From the NCBI RefSeq assembly GCF_006345805.1, contig NC_043004.1, forward strand, positions 82,956,001-83,020,000: DNA of 64,000 nt, written 5' to 3'. A program made the translations under genes and the position numbers. The notes beneath the pieces were generated by a model that had not been told where the DNA came from, searched no databases, and worked only from the letters and a program-made list of their open reading frames with translations. Shown here piece after piece: positions 25,486-40,196 of this stretch (within the stretch, counting starts at the first letter, position 1; every line of letters starts with the position of its first letter). Source of the DNA: Octopus sinensis. Lineage: Eukaryota.

Positions 25486-26539
25486 CTGCGAGTTAAACAC
25501 CAGTCCTCTGTATATCAGATATAAACAATACAGTGCAGTCATTATTCCCGTAATAACCTGTAGTACGTAGCCTTTCTGGTAGACTAATCCATTCGCTATT
25601 TCATAAGATATAATACAGCAGATAATGAGGAAGATTAATACAATCTGGCCATTAGAAAACTGAAATACCGAGTTCATGTCTTTCGTCAATAGGCTCAGTC
25701 TAGTGTGGTGGTTAATTATTTCGTTTAGTTTTTTATTGAGATTTATTCTTCTCCGAAATATTTGTTTTTTAGAAGCTTGATCTTCCTCTATGGATTTTCT
25801 GAGGGACTCCGATAAATACTTAAATTCTTCTGTGAATATTGAAGTTAATGCATCGTATAATATCCCAAATGGCAGAAAAACAATAGAATTCCATATATTT
25901 GTCAAGAAATTCATTATTAGCATAAACGCAAAAAAACTATTCTGCCGTGATAATGGAAAAGCTAAGTCCTCCAAAAAATATTCTGGATCAGTTAAAATTA
26001 ATGGTAAAATAGTTTGAAATATAGCGCACATGAGAAAATTAGCACATATGTTGATCAAAATCTTACATGCTCCAAATTTGTGGAACCTCTTCATTAATAC
26101 ATTACTTGGGCATATTGGAATATAAGTGTTAATATCATCGATTAATGCGTTGGTGTGAGTTCGTTTCCAGGTAACGAGCAGTGACAATATACCTGGGAAT
26201 ATCTTCATCAAGAGCATAAAGCATTTTCCTAATATATATTCAGTATTCTTTGATGTATAACTCGCTACAACAAACCATATAAAACGTAAAATATCAAACA
26301 CTGAAATTAAATAGATTAAAGGGAGACATAAATACAGAGTTCGTGTTTTCACCACGGATATTTTCCAAATTTCTAAACTCATTTTAGAAGGAATAGAACA
26401 TACAATTGCAAGACGTCTGAGTTTCAAGAGGGTATTCCATCAAAAGGCTCTCATTTAGGGTTTTTGGAGAGTTGTCGCTCGTTCTTATATGAACTGAATG
26501 TGAATCCGATATTTCGGGGCCCAATTTAGATGCTTCCAT
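25486..26539 (-). CDS. GRL-like long exon (TM1-TM6), subfamily A, full length with one +1 frameshift near 26430
   Basis: ATG at 26539 ([10 protein letters not shown]); span is 1054 nt = 351 codons + 1; removing one base of GGG at 26430-26432 restores ESLLMEYLLKLRR; CAG|GTAAGT donor at 25486/25485. Confidence 0.75.
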
Positions 26540-26907
26540 GAGTTTCTTATATTTGTTCTTATCTAACTTGGTATGATATTAGAAAAAATTTCTCTCACTG
26601 GCTGTAAGCTTCTTTATAATGTTTTGAGAATAAGATATCTACTACATTCATTAACACTTATGACTGGATGCATAATTATCATTAAAAAGGATCACGCGTT
26701 TATTCATTGTGACAAATTCAATGTATGCAATCGCTTTCTATTAACTTCTGTTTACTCTAAAGTAAACCTGAATATGGATCGTTATTATCTGTTAGTTATT
26801 GCTTGCTTTTATTATGTCAAATCATCCATGTTACTTTAAGCTAATGAAAACGGTTGTTAAGTTTCTCCAAACATACCGAGTGAAAATGCCCGATTTCCTA
26901 ATTTCAT

Positions 26908-26947
<40 letters not shown>

Positions 26948-27181
26948 CTAAAGGGGCGAGACTTCAGTCCGTCGTAGATGTGAAAGAAGGTGTGTCGTCC
27001 AAGAAAACTATGCGCACATACAAACGCATCATCTTAAAGTTTGAACATTGTCCTTCCTTTCGCTCTGCACGAATGCATATCTATATGTATATATATTTAT
27101 ACATAATAATAATATAAGGGAGTAAAGCCAAACTTACAGGGAAAAATTAGATTTAGGATTAAATCTAATTCTATAGTATAA

Positions 27182-27468
27182 ATATATATATTAAATTAGA
27201 GATAAAACCACTATTAGGCAAATCAAACAGGGAAAATCATAAACCAATACATAGAAATAAAATTAATTAATAAAAAATATTTAAAATATAAAATTCAAAA
27301 TATTTAAAATATTTGAATTAAAGTTAAAATTTAAACTTTAATTTAAATATTTTGAAATTTATATTTTATAAATTTTTTATTAATTAATTTTATTCCTATG
27401 TATTGGTTTATGATTTTCACTGTTTGATTTGCCTAATAGTGGTTTTATCTCTAATTTAATATATATAT
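27182..27468. repeat. AT-rich near-perfect palindrome, arms about 140 bp
   Basis: ATATATTAAATTAGAGATAAAACCACTATTAGGC... mirrored by ...GCCTAATAGTGGTTTTATCTCTAATTTAATATAT; centre near 27329. Confidence 0.85.
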
Positions 27469-27497
27469 ATATATATAGTTATATATATATATATACA

Positions 27498-27568
<71 letters not shown>

Positions 27569-27799
27569 TATATATATACAGATATATGCATATATATATG
27601 TACATATATATATGCATATATTTGTACATATATATATATATATATATATATCCATGATAGATCGCTAGCCACTACACATTCTTTATTTTCTCACGTTGTT
27701 TCTTTCTGTGTTCTTTTCTGTGGAAGAGTGTAGGCTCGAAACGTTAAAGACATTTTCATTTCCCGAGCGTTTAAACTAATATATTTGTTTGTTATCTAC

Positions 27800-28460
27800 A
27801 TCATCTGTCTTCCTAAATATACACGCTTCCTAGATATATTGAAAACCAACGGGTACCCTAGATCTATTGTAAATCGGCTTAAGTATCCAAGACGACGAAA
27901 ACGCCGAACAGATAGAAAAACCAGCAGCACATGCTTCCTTAAAATATCCCATTTTAGCTAGAGGATAACAAATAGCAATCGGAAGACCCTTTAGAAGATA
28001 AGGGTTAGACATACAACTAGCCCACTCCGGCCTCTCTCTGAGTAGACACCTCGCAAAGAAACGAATAAGAGACAGCAATCAGTGCACACTAACACACTGT
28101 CCCATCCGTGACACAGATTTATGCCAACGGGTAAATGTTGTGTATAGAATGCAACGTAACAAATGGAAAGGTTCTATGTGTGTAGCACAGCAAGACCGTT
28201 ACACGTCCGCGTCAAACAACATCTGAACACGAGAGCCTCCCCCTTCAGAAAATATCTAGACAGATGCCGGAACACTGACAAATGCATAACAGTCACAATT
28301 GAGTCAAATGAAAGCAATTTGGGTAATTTAAGAATTAAGGAAGCTATACTCATATACAGACCAGGACCCCAAATTAACAACAGGCTTGAGGTTGGTAATC
28401 AACACATTATTTACCTACATCTAGATGCGTGTAAGTTCATATTTGATATGCTTATGTATT
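27800..28460 (+). mobile_element. Penelope-like element fragment (GIY-YIG)
   Basis: VVYRMQ...FYVCSTARPLHVRVKQH...LRIKEAILI...PQINN, a degenerate GIY-YIG domain. Confidence 0.65.
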
Positions 28461-28822
28461 GTTGAGAACAAAAAAAAGGAGAGAAAAGAAAGGGGAACAA
28501 AAGGAACCTGCAGGTAAAACACAACTTAGAAGTAGCGTTACAGATTTGACAGCACACATGAGATTGAGACATGGCCGACATCAGGCACTTCTCATAAGGA
28601 ATTGCGGAAGGAGCTCCGTGAGACCACCGCTGAGACGTTTCCGGAACCCCCCACCACCACCACCAGAAAAGCCGTTGGAAAACCGATTATAGCAGCGACT
28701 CCATCAATTCGTAGGGATATCTGAAAAAGGAATTCTTACTCTGACATATCATATCAGACTATGGATGAGTAAACTATAACAGTTGTTATGATCATTGTTG
28801 TGTCATTCGAGACATTTTATTA

Positions 28823-28869
<47 letters not shown>

Positions 28870-28871
<2 letters not shown>

Positions 28872-29084
28872 GATAAACGAAATGAAGAAAATGGATAAGA
28901 ATTTACATACTGCTATTTTTATTTAAATACATTCAAAATCATACAAGAAACTGCTACTCAAATCTATTTCCTTACCAGTTTCTTTAATTTCATAATGAAA
29001 TCCCATATTCGAAACCAGTGAATTGAGTATATCCTTAAGGAGAATTTCAAAAGGAAATTTATTTATCAACGTGTTAAAGGACTT

Positions 29085-29085
<1 letters not shown>
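28870..29085 (-). promoter_or_regulatory. distal module A (putative core promoter + short leader exon, G|GTAAGG donor at 28976/28975)
   Basis: Homologous to 39850-40045 and 54410-54640; conserved CAATTCACTGG and donor; lies 2.4 kb upstream of the 26539 ATG. Confidence 0.55.
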
Positions 29086-29115
<30 letters not shown>

Positions 29116-29122
29116 CTAACTA

Positions 29123-30280
29123 TGATAAATCTCAGAGCGAGTTATAATGATAAATCTCAGAGCGAGTTATAAACAGTAGCGGTAACACATCGTGACGAAT
29201 ATTTGCTATTTGAATATGGCTAACCCCTAAGGGTGGATGCTACTGTAGTTTGTAGCCCCAGGAAGATATCTCCTCCAGCTGGCTATAGACACACTATCTG
29301 TGTCCTCTTAGTATTTGTGAAGGGGAGTCATCCTCCCCGTCTTCAACTCATGATACACACGGACCCGAGTTTCAAGGTGTTTACCTTTCATCAGCGTGTG
29401 ACAATCATGGTTGTCGACGAGAAGTCAGCTCCCTTCACAAATACATATACTTTTTCCAGTGTCGATTGACACTGATATTGAAAAAGTGAAATCAAACAAT
29501 GATAAATCTCAGAGCGAGTTATAAACAGTAGCGGTAACACATCGTGACGAATATTTGCCATTTGAATATGGCTAACCCCTAAGGGTGGATGCTACTGTAG
29601 TTTGTAGCCCCAGGAAGATATCTCCTCCAGCTGGCTATAGACACACTATCTGTGTCCTCTCAGTATTTGTGAAGGGGAGTCATCCTCCTCGTCTTCAACT
29701 CATGATACACACGAACCCGAGTTTCAAGGTGTTTACCTTTCATCAGCGCGTGACAATCATGGTTGTCGACGAGAAGTCAGCTCCCTTCACAAATACATAT
29801 ACTTTTTCCAGTGTCGATTGACACTGATATTGAAAAAGTGAAATCAAACAATGATAAATCTCAGAGCGTGTTATAAACAGTAGCGGTAACACATCGTGAA
29901 GCATATTTGCCATTTGAATATGGCTAACCCCTAAGGGTGGATGCTACTGTAGTTTGTAGCCCCAGGAAGATATCTCCTCCAGCTGGCTATAGACACACTA
30001 TCTGTGTCCTCTCAGTATTTGTGAAGGGGAGTCATCCTCCTCGTCTTCAACTCATGATACACACGAACCCGAGTTTCAAGTGTTTACCTTTCATCACGCG
30101 TGACAATCATGGTTGTCGACGAGAAGTCAGCTCCCTTCACAAATACATATACTTTTTCCAGTGTCGATTGACACTGATATTGAAAAAGTGAAATCAAACA
30201 ATGATAAATCTCAGAGCGTGTTATAAACAGTAGCGGTAACACATCGTGAAGCATATTTGCCATTTGAATATGGCTAACCC
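29123..30280. repeat. 352-bp tandem repeat, about 3.2 units
   Basis: Units start at 29147, 29499, 29851 and 30201 (ATGATAAATCTCAGAGCG); near-identical; a 24-bp partial duplicate precedes unit 1. Confidence 0.95.
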
Positions 30281-30299
30281 CATATCAGGACATTAAGAA

Positions 30300-30710
30300 T
30301 GAAAAATGCGATTTGCTTACACACCAAGTTTGACAGTCGTTAACTCTAATGTTATATCCCTTCAATTCTTTGTTTAACAGCATTGAAGAGTTACATTCTC
30401 ATTTTTCGAAATGCTATTCATGGTTTCTGATTGCATTGTGTGTTTTCTCTTACAAATCAATTATTGCGAACCCATGGATAGATAATAAAATTCGTGTTCT
30501 TTATATGAATATGAGTTTCATCGTGGAACCAATGCATCTCAGACAGCACGAAACATCAGAGTTGCTAGGTGAAGATGAGGCGTATGATGGCATTGTACAT
30601 CAATGGTTTGAAAAGTTCTGTTCTGGTGACATCACTCTTGAAAATCAGCCCCGTGCTAGACCTGTGGATAACGATGAGCTGGAAACTGTAGTTTCTCCCT
30701 CACGTTAAAA
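30300..30710 (+). mobile_element. mariner transposase N-terminal (HTH) fragment
   Basis: VHQWFEKFCSGDITLENQPRARP matches the mariner WF.RF.SG..LED..R.GRP motif. Confidence 0.7.
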
Positions 30711-30989
30711 CAAAAGTAAATAAATACAAACTTTTACGGAAACTAACGCACCAAACCCAATTTTACCTTTCGGTATTTCTGGGGGTAGAAGCGGATGAAT
30801 GCCGATAGTTTTATACGAGTTTTCATTTCATATTTCTTTCTTATATTGTTTTCGATGACCTCTCAACCTCACACAGGCATACACAATCTCTCTCTCATAT
30901 AAGCAGACACACTATCTCTATAATATAAACACACCCTACAAGACTGAGTGGCAGAAAACCGTCCGGGGTGGTCTTTCTGCAAAACTTAA

Positions 30990-31220
30990 ACTTAGTAATG
31001 AACACTTATAGAATTAGCAAGCGCTGAATGTAGCGGATAAATAATTGTGATGTGAAAGACATATACAAGAATTTAATATCACTTGCCCAAATTAAGATTT
31101 CTTTAAAGAAGTTTTATTTTGTATAGAAAAATAAAATCATTTCTGTTCAAATATGTTTAAAAACGATTTCATACAGAGAGGTACATGAAAAGCACATTTA
31201 TATAACAAACATCCATATTT
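30990..31220 (-). promoter_or_regulatory. module B copy, donor mutated (GT to AT), no coding exon downstream
   Basis: TATATAAA on minus at 31197-31204; CT|ATAAGT at 31010/31009; flanks 30820-30990 also match 20380-20575. Confidence 0.45.
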
Positions 31221-31269
31221 TTATATTGTATAAATATGTATGTATGCATTTCTCTGTTTGTCCTGTTAC

Positions 31270-31332
<63 letters not shown>

Positions 31333-31408
31333 CCTATCTACCTATCTATCTATCTATCTATCTATCTATCTCTATCTATCTATCTATCTATCTATATCTA
31401 TATATCTA

Positions 31409-31489
<81 letters not shown>

Positions 31490-31494
31490 GTCTG

Positions 31495-31606
<112 letters not shown>

Positions 31607-31904
31607 ATAGTAGGACAATGGACTCAACGGTGATGTACATATTCTTTTACGTTACCCTTAAGTTATTTTTACTTTGTAGATTTTTAAATGTTATCATTCG
31701 TATCATTTGTAAATTTTGCATTTTGTCATTCGTACTATAGTTTTTATTCGAATATATTTAATTTTTTGCCATTCCTTTCATCTTATATCATTTTATATCA
31801 TCACAAGCATATATTATATTTTATTTTTTATCCCTATATATTATTAATTTTATATTTATAGACATAAGTTAAGTGAGAACATAGCTTTGTAAATTTTGTA
31901 AATG

Positions 31905-32478
31905 GGGGGTGGATTGTACGGAAAGTTCGTGCCAATTTATAGGACCTTAACTTTTGACTTATTTTAGAACATGGTTGAGTCCATAAAATAGGATTTGACT
32001 ACACCTCCATTTAGAGCACAGTTAAAGCTATCTCTTCGTGGAAGAAGTTTTATGTTCCTATAACCTGTGTTAATTCTGTAGCCCTTTAAAATGGAAGATA
32101 AGGAAGTTCATTTTCGGCACTTGATGCTTTGGGAACAAGACAAAAATTGCTGCGGCTCGGCTGTGATGTGTTACTCCAATCTCCATATTCACCAGATATT
32201 GCTCCTTCGGATTTCCACTTATTCAGGTCTCTGCAGAATAATCTTAATGGTAAAAATTTCAATTCCTTGGATGACGTGTAAAAAGATACCTTGATGAATT
32301 ATTTGCTATGAAATTACCTCAATTCTGGGAAGAGGGTATTTTCAAGTTAAAGGAAAGATGGAGACGCATTGTGCAACACACTGGTTAATATTTGGTAGAT
32401 TAAAAATGTAATGGCAAGTATTTATTGACCTTTGTCTTTCCTTTAAAAATCGGCACGAACTTTCCGGACAACACAATA
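31905..32478 (+). mobile_element. internally deleted mariner with both terminal inverted repeats
   Basis: TTGTACGGAAAGTTCGTGCC at 31914 versus GGCACGAACTTTCCGGACAA ending at 32471; transposase start MEDKEVHFRHLML fused to C-terminal SPDIAPSDFHLFRSLQ. Confidence 0.85.
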
Positions 32479-33825
32479 TATTTATATATATATATATATA
32501 TATATGAGTAAAGCCAATTTGATGAAAGAATGAGTAGAGCCTGGTAGCGAACTCTCGTCGTCGTCATTTGAGTGCATGTGCGTAAAATTACGAAGTTTTA
32601 TGCTGTAGGACAGATTTCGGCAAAGTGATATAGGAAGTATAAATGTAAAATAAAACGATAAAATTATATATTAAAATAACGATAAAGAATAATGATAAAG
32701 ATAAAAATGAAGATAAAGATAGAGATATATGTTATTATATTTCCCATTACCTTTCCTATATATCTATATTTGCAAAATATTTTCCCCTATTAAACTCTAC
32801 TACTTCCTTCTATTTAACTCTCTGATATCGTCTGTGATGACGAGATATCATTTATATACCTTTTATTCAATATGTTGGTGTTAAAACCGTTAACACACAC
32901 GCACAGAGGCACTTTTCGTGAATTTCTTGAAAATTGGCTCATACCCCGAAATTTTGTATACATACTAAGTCTATATTAAGTCACCTATTTGCCACTTTTG
33001 ATTTACCTTACATCTACTTCGCATTGTTTAGGCCTTACCCACGATCCTTGATAAAATATATATATATATATGTATTTGTAAAAAAAAATACAAACTGGGA
33101 CAAGAACGCAAAACATTTAGAAGACGATACAAAAAACACGGATGGGACATTCGAAGCCTTCAATCTTCGGTCAAGAACCGGGTCATCCTCGCAATTTCGG
33201 CTGATTAATCTTGAGATCGCTGCGATCCGGCCAGCTCCAATGAAAATCTAAGCTACGAGCATTAGATTTCTTGGAAAAAGGATCGAATGCATACGAAACA
33301 GGGACAGAAAAACGAACGATGCCACACGAATATAAATACAAAAAGCAATAATAGTAATAACAGGACAAAAACAGCGGTTGTCTTAAGACGATAGACAGTA
33401 CAACTTAGTTTAGCTGGCGTATTTGGAAAAAAATGCCTTTATCGGCAGACGAAGAGAGCGATGTTCTTGCAGCAGTAGTCGGAAGACAAAAGGTTGGTTG
33501 ACCAGCGGTCACGTGAGAGGAGAAGAGAGAAAAAAAGGAGGCAAAGGAATCAAAGAGAGAGAGAAAAAGAGGGACGAAAGCACCAAAGAGGGGAGAAGAG
33601 AGAGAAAGAAGGAATTAAAGAAGGGAAAAGAAAGAGAGCGTGCCAAGGATTGGCTTGGCGACAGAATCAGTGAGGTGCAAAGTGAGAAAGACAGAGAAAT
33701 GTGAGAGAGTGGGGGAAGAGGAGAACAACGAATCAGAGGCAAGAAAAGAAAAAAGGAGGAGGAGAAGGGAGAGAGAGAGGAAGAGACAGATCAAAATGGA
33801 GTGCAAAGTGTGAAAGGCAGAGATC

Positions 33826-33957
<132 letters not shown>

Positions 33958-33985
33958 GTAATATGTGACAATTATTCGGTAGCCA

Positions 33986-34047
33986 AGATAAAACTCTGAG
34001 TTTCGGATGCCGAGGTGGAAAACCATATCACCATCTTTTCAGTTACC
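33986..34047 (-). ncRNA. degenerate hammerhead-like motif in a Penelope-type terminal repeat
   Basis: Minus strand CTGAAAA...CATCC-GAAAC TCAGA GT T-TTAT; homologous to 39540-39602; G8 mutated. Confidence 0.35.
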
Positions 34048-34387
34048 CGGCCATCGGAAAAACGCTATGAAAAAGGACCTCTCTTTCTCTCCATATATAT
34101 ATATATATATGGAGAGAAGAGAGAGAGAAAGAAAGAGAAAGATAGTAAGTGTGGGGGGAGGGAGAGAGAGCTAACAGATGATTTTGATTGTATATTTCTT
34201 CAGAAAACATTATGCAGTGCTCGAATGACTGGAGCATACACACTTAAATTTCTCCCAAGGATCGATTCAGCGGGGTTATGAGTGTTTAGAAGGTGAGTCC
34301 AATTTATCAGATATGAATATACAGCGAAAAATAAAATCTCTGGTTTGAACGATTTTCTGACAATAAATACAGGAAAGTGATACTTAC

Positions 34388-35440
34388 ACGCGAATAAACC
34401 ACCAGTCCTATGTATATCAGATATAAACAATACAGTGCAGTCATTATTCCCATAGCAATCTGTATTACGTAGCCTTTCTGGTAGACTAATTCATTCGCTA
34501 TTTCATAAGATATGATACAGCAGATAATAAGGAAGAGTAATACGATCGTGCCATTACAAAACTCAAATACCGAGTTCATGCCTTTCATCAATAGGCCCAG
34601 TCTAGTATGTTGGTTAATTATTTCATCCAATTTTTCGTTGAAATTTATGCGTCTCTGAATGATTTTTCCTTTGGCATCTTGAATATCCGGTATTGTCTCT
34701 CTAAGCGTCTTTGATAAACACTTAAATTCTTCTATGACTATTGAAGTTAATGCATCTCTTAATTCCGCTAATGGCATAAACAACATAGCATTCCATAAAT
34801 CTGTCGTGAAATTCATTATTAACATAAATGTAAATAACTTATTCTCTCGTGATAATGGAAATCCTGACACTTCCATAAAATATTGCGGATCAGACAGAGT
34901 TGTCGGTAAAATAATTTGGTTTGTAGACGAGAGGATGAAAGTAATACATATAATCATCAAAATATTACATGTTCCACATTTGTTGGACCTCTTCTTTAAT
35001 ATATTACTTGGGCTTATCAGAATATAATTTTGAATGTCATCGATTAAAGCGTTGACGTGAGATCGTTTCCAGGTAACGATAACTGTTAATATACCTGGAC
35101 ACATCTTCATCATGAGCATAAAACATTTCCCTAAAATATATTCAGTATTCTTTGAAGTATAACTTGCTACAATAAACCATATGAAACGTAAAGTATCAAA
35201 CGCTGGGATTAAATAGATTAAAGGGAGGCATAAAAACAGAATTCGGGTTTTCACCTCAGATTTTTTCCAAATTTCTAAACTCATTTTAGAAGGAATAGAA
35301 CATACAATTGCAAGACGTCTGAGTTTCCAAAGGTAAGCCTTGAAAGGACTCTCATTTATGATTTTTGGAGAGTTGTCGTTCGTTCTTATATGAACTGATT
35401 GTGATTTCGAACTTTTGGGGCCCGAGTTAGATGTATCCAT
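34388..35440 (-). CDS. GRL-like long exon (TM1-TM6), subfamily A, intact, 351 codons
   Basis: Open frame from MDTSNSGPKS to VVYSR followed by GTAAGT (donor at 34388/34387). Confidence 0.8.
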
Positions 35441-36132
35441 GAGTTTCTTAGTTTGTTGATATAACTTGTTATGATATGAGAAAAAATTGTCTCACTGTTT
35501 GTATGCTTCCTTATAATGCTTTGAGAACACTTCTCTTTTGCGTTCATTATTATTAATGAGTGGGTGTATAATTGTCATGAAATATAACCACACCTTTATT
35601 TCTTGTAACGCCTTCAATCTATGCAGTCAATTTCTGTTAACTACTGCTTACTCTAAAGTTAACCTGAATATGGGATCGATATTTTATTTTAGTATTTGCT
35701 TGCTTATATTATGTCTAATTAACTATGCTTCTTTCAATTAATGAAACATTTGAAATTTCCTGCTCGACTCTCACCGACACTTAAAGCTCGGTTTTCCGGA
35801 TTCATGGCGATTCTGTATTCCCTAAATGGACGGGACGTTAGTCCGTCGCAGGATGAAAGGTTTTGGCGACCTCAGGAGACTTGGTAGAAGTGCGAATATG
35901 TGTGTTGTTCAGGAAAACTATGCGAACATATAAATGCATCATCTTAAAGCTAGAAACTTTTCCTTCGTTTCGTTCTGCATAAATGCATATCTATATGTGT
36001 ATATACATGAACAGACTCAGATACACAATCACAAACAAACATACACACACACACAAACAAACCACACACACACGCACACACACACACGCACACGCACACA
36101 CACACACACACACAACACACACACACACATAT

Positions 36133-36166
<34 letters not shown>

Positions 36167-36412
36167 ATATATATATATACATACATATATCTATATAAAT
36201 TAGAGAACAACCACCACGTACCAACTGAACATTGATATACCTAAATCATACAATATAGAAAAAACTTAAAGATACGATAAAATAAACAGACTACACGCAC
36301 TTCTCTAATTTATATACATATATTATATATTGTGAAATTTGATTTAGTATTATTAAATTGGATTTTGCCCTGTACGTTTGGAATCATATTCCCTAATATT
36401 AATATGACAGAA

Positions 36413-37367
36413 GTAGCTTACAGAAAGAGTAGGGATATTAATAGTGAATGTTAAATATGAAGGAAATTAATGTTTAAATTATATATAATGATAGAGATTA
36501 CTTATATGCACTAAAGGTGTGTTTTTGCCAATATTTACATCGGTATGCTCGCTCTATAATCGTGTTTACTAGGGCTTTTTTAGAAAATATAATGAAAAAT
36601 AGTTCAGAGAAGACAGAATTCCTTGCCTTTGTCATAAAGTATCGAGATTGAGAGAATCAACCATTCTAAATGAAATTATTCATTGTGGTCTTTTAGTTCC
36701 CAAATTAGTTTACTGAGACCGGTACTATTACGTTTATTTCTATCTCTCAATGTTGAGAAATGGATAGAAATTCTTTTAGATAACTCTAATGATGTACTCC
36801 CAACGTAAAATCGTACTTTATTACGAGTACTGATTATAGACTGGTATATAGAATTTTTAATCTTAGAGTTACCTGACATAAACTTAATTCTGTTGGAATT
36901 GACATCAGATACAATAACCTTGTTATTAATATTTCTAGAGGGTTGGATGGTATTAGCTAAATTAATGTTAGTAAGAACTTAGTGAAGAATATTTCATTTA
37001 GATTATCTGCTAAATTATCTGCTAATGTTGATATTTTCAATGATAACGCTGAATTTTATAACTCTGCCTTAATTAAAGCAGGTTATACAAAGAAAATTTT
37101 CTACTTTGATTCTACTCAGTCTAATTGTAAATTCAATAATGTAGATATGATTTCTAGTTGTAAAAGAATTATTGATAACAAGCAAACATAACTTATGCAC
37201 CGATACAAAGAAGATCAATGTAGAAAATTTGTAAAAGATGTAAACATTGGTAGAAATACACCCTTAGTGCATATAAGTAATCTCTATCATTATATATAAT
37301 TTAAACATTAATTTCCGTTATATTTAACATTCACTATTAATATCCCTACTCTTTCTGTAAGCTACAT
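36413..37367. mobile_element. back-to-back Penelope-like fragments with about 130-bp inverted terminal repeats
   Basis: 36413-36542 is the reverse complement of 37238-37367; minus-strand GIY-YIG piece FYVGSTSLELSKRISIH...LSKLIWELK; plus-strand RT C-terminal piece ISFRLSAKLSAN...YNSALIKAGY. Confidence 0.7.
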
Positions 37368-37480
37368 CTGACATTATATCATAAAACATTTTTTTAAACA
37401 ATACTAATAGCGTTCAGTTAAACACTATACAAATCCATAATTTTTTGCTAAAATGTCATATTGTCTAGTTTCGTTTTTTC

Positions 37481-37563
37481 ACTTTCCTGAAGAGAAAATT
37501 GCATTATTTATACCATTTATTCTTTTGAATATCAGTGGAAATTTCGAAACATGTGTCGAAAGT
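37481..37563 (+). ncRNA. type I hammerhead ribozyme motif, canonical core
   Basis: ACTTTC-CTGAAGA-GAAA...TTTC-GAAAC ATGT GT C-GAAAGT: 6-bp stem I, intact core, palindromic ACATGT in stem III, GUC cleavage triplet. Confidence 0.75.
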
Positions 37564-37766
37564 AAAAATATTTGATTTATACCTGCGTTAAACTCCGTTT
37601 ATTTATTCATATATTATACAAAAAATTCCACGTAAACACGAAGTTTCTATCTTTTTAAACAAGGAGTTACAATCTGTTTACTTGTGAGATTTTTTGCTAC
37701 CCTGGTAACTTTTTATTTATTTTTCCGTGTTACCGTGTTATTTGTTAACAAGGTAAAAATACACTC

Positions 37767-39632
<1,866 letters not shown>

Positions 39633-39762
39633 GATAAATTTCCTCTATTTACATAATATTGAGGTCTCTTTCTTTCTTTTGTTATCTTACCGTTTTATCA
39701 ATATATATATATATATATATATGCATATGTTGGCGCAGGAGAGGGCATCATGAAACGTGTAA

Positions 39763-39804
<42 letters not shown>

Positions 39805-39849
39805 ATATTATTATTATCATTAGTGTTATTATTATTATTAACATAATAA

Positions 39850-40045
39850 ACAAAAAAATGATGCTTTTATTTAAATACATGCAAAGTCATACTAGAATCC
39901 CCCACCTACATCTGTTTCCTTACCCATTTCCTTAACTTCATAATAAAATTCTATATTCGAAACCAGTGAATTGGGTATATCCTCAGGAAGAATTTCAAAA
40001 GGAATTCATTTATCAACGCTTTAAGGGACTTTAGGTCCTTGACTA
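39850..40045 (-). promoter_or_regulatory. distal module A (G|GTAAGG donor at 39924/39923)
   Basis: Homologous to 28870-29085 and 54410-54640; 4.5 kb upstream of the 35440 ATG, with Penelope insertions in between. Confidence 0.55.
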
Positions 40046-40153
40046 TTTAAGTGATATAAACACATACGCGGACACACACACACACACACACATACATGCA
40101 TATATATGTATGTATGTATGCATATATATATAGGTATATATATGCATATATAT

Positions 40154-40196
<43 letters not shown>

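Noticed and set aside
29233-30191. Three repeated 78-84 aa ORFs (MDATVVCSPRK...)
   Set aside because: Start at GTG, simply track the 352-bp tandem unit and show no protein family features.
29123-30280. CRISPR-like array
   Set aside because: Units are fully repeated with no unique spacers, there are no cas genes and the DNA is eukaryotic.
33190-33400. Similarity between 33190-33400 and 59380-59590, and between 32780-32865 and 40880-40965
   Set aside because: Looks like ordinary dispersed repeat remnants with no fixed position relative to the receptor exons.
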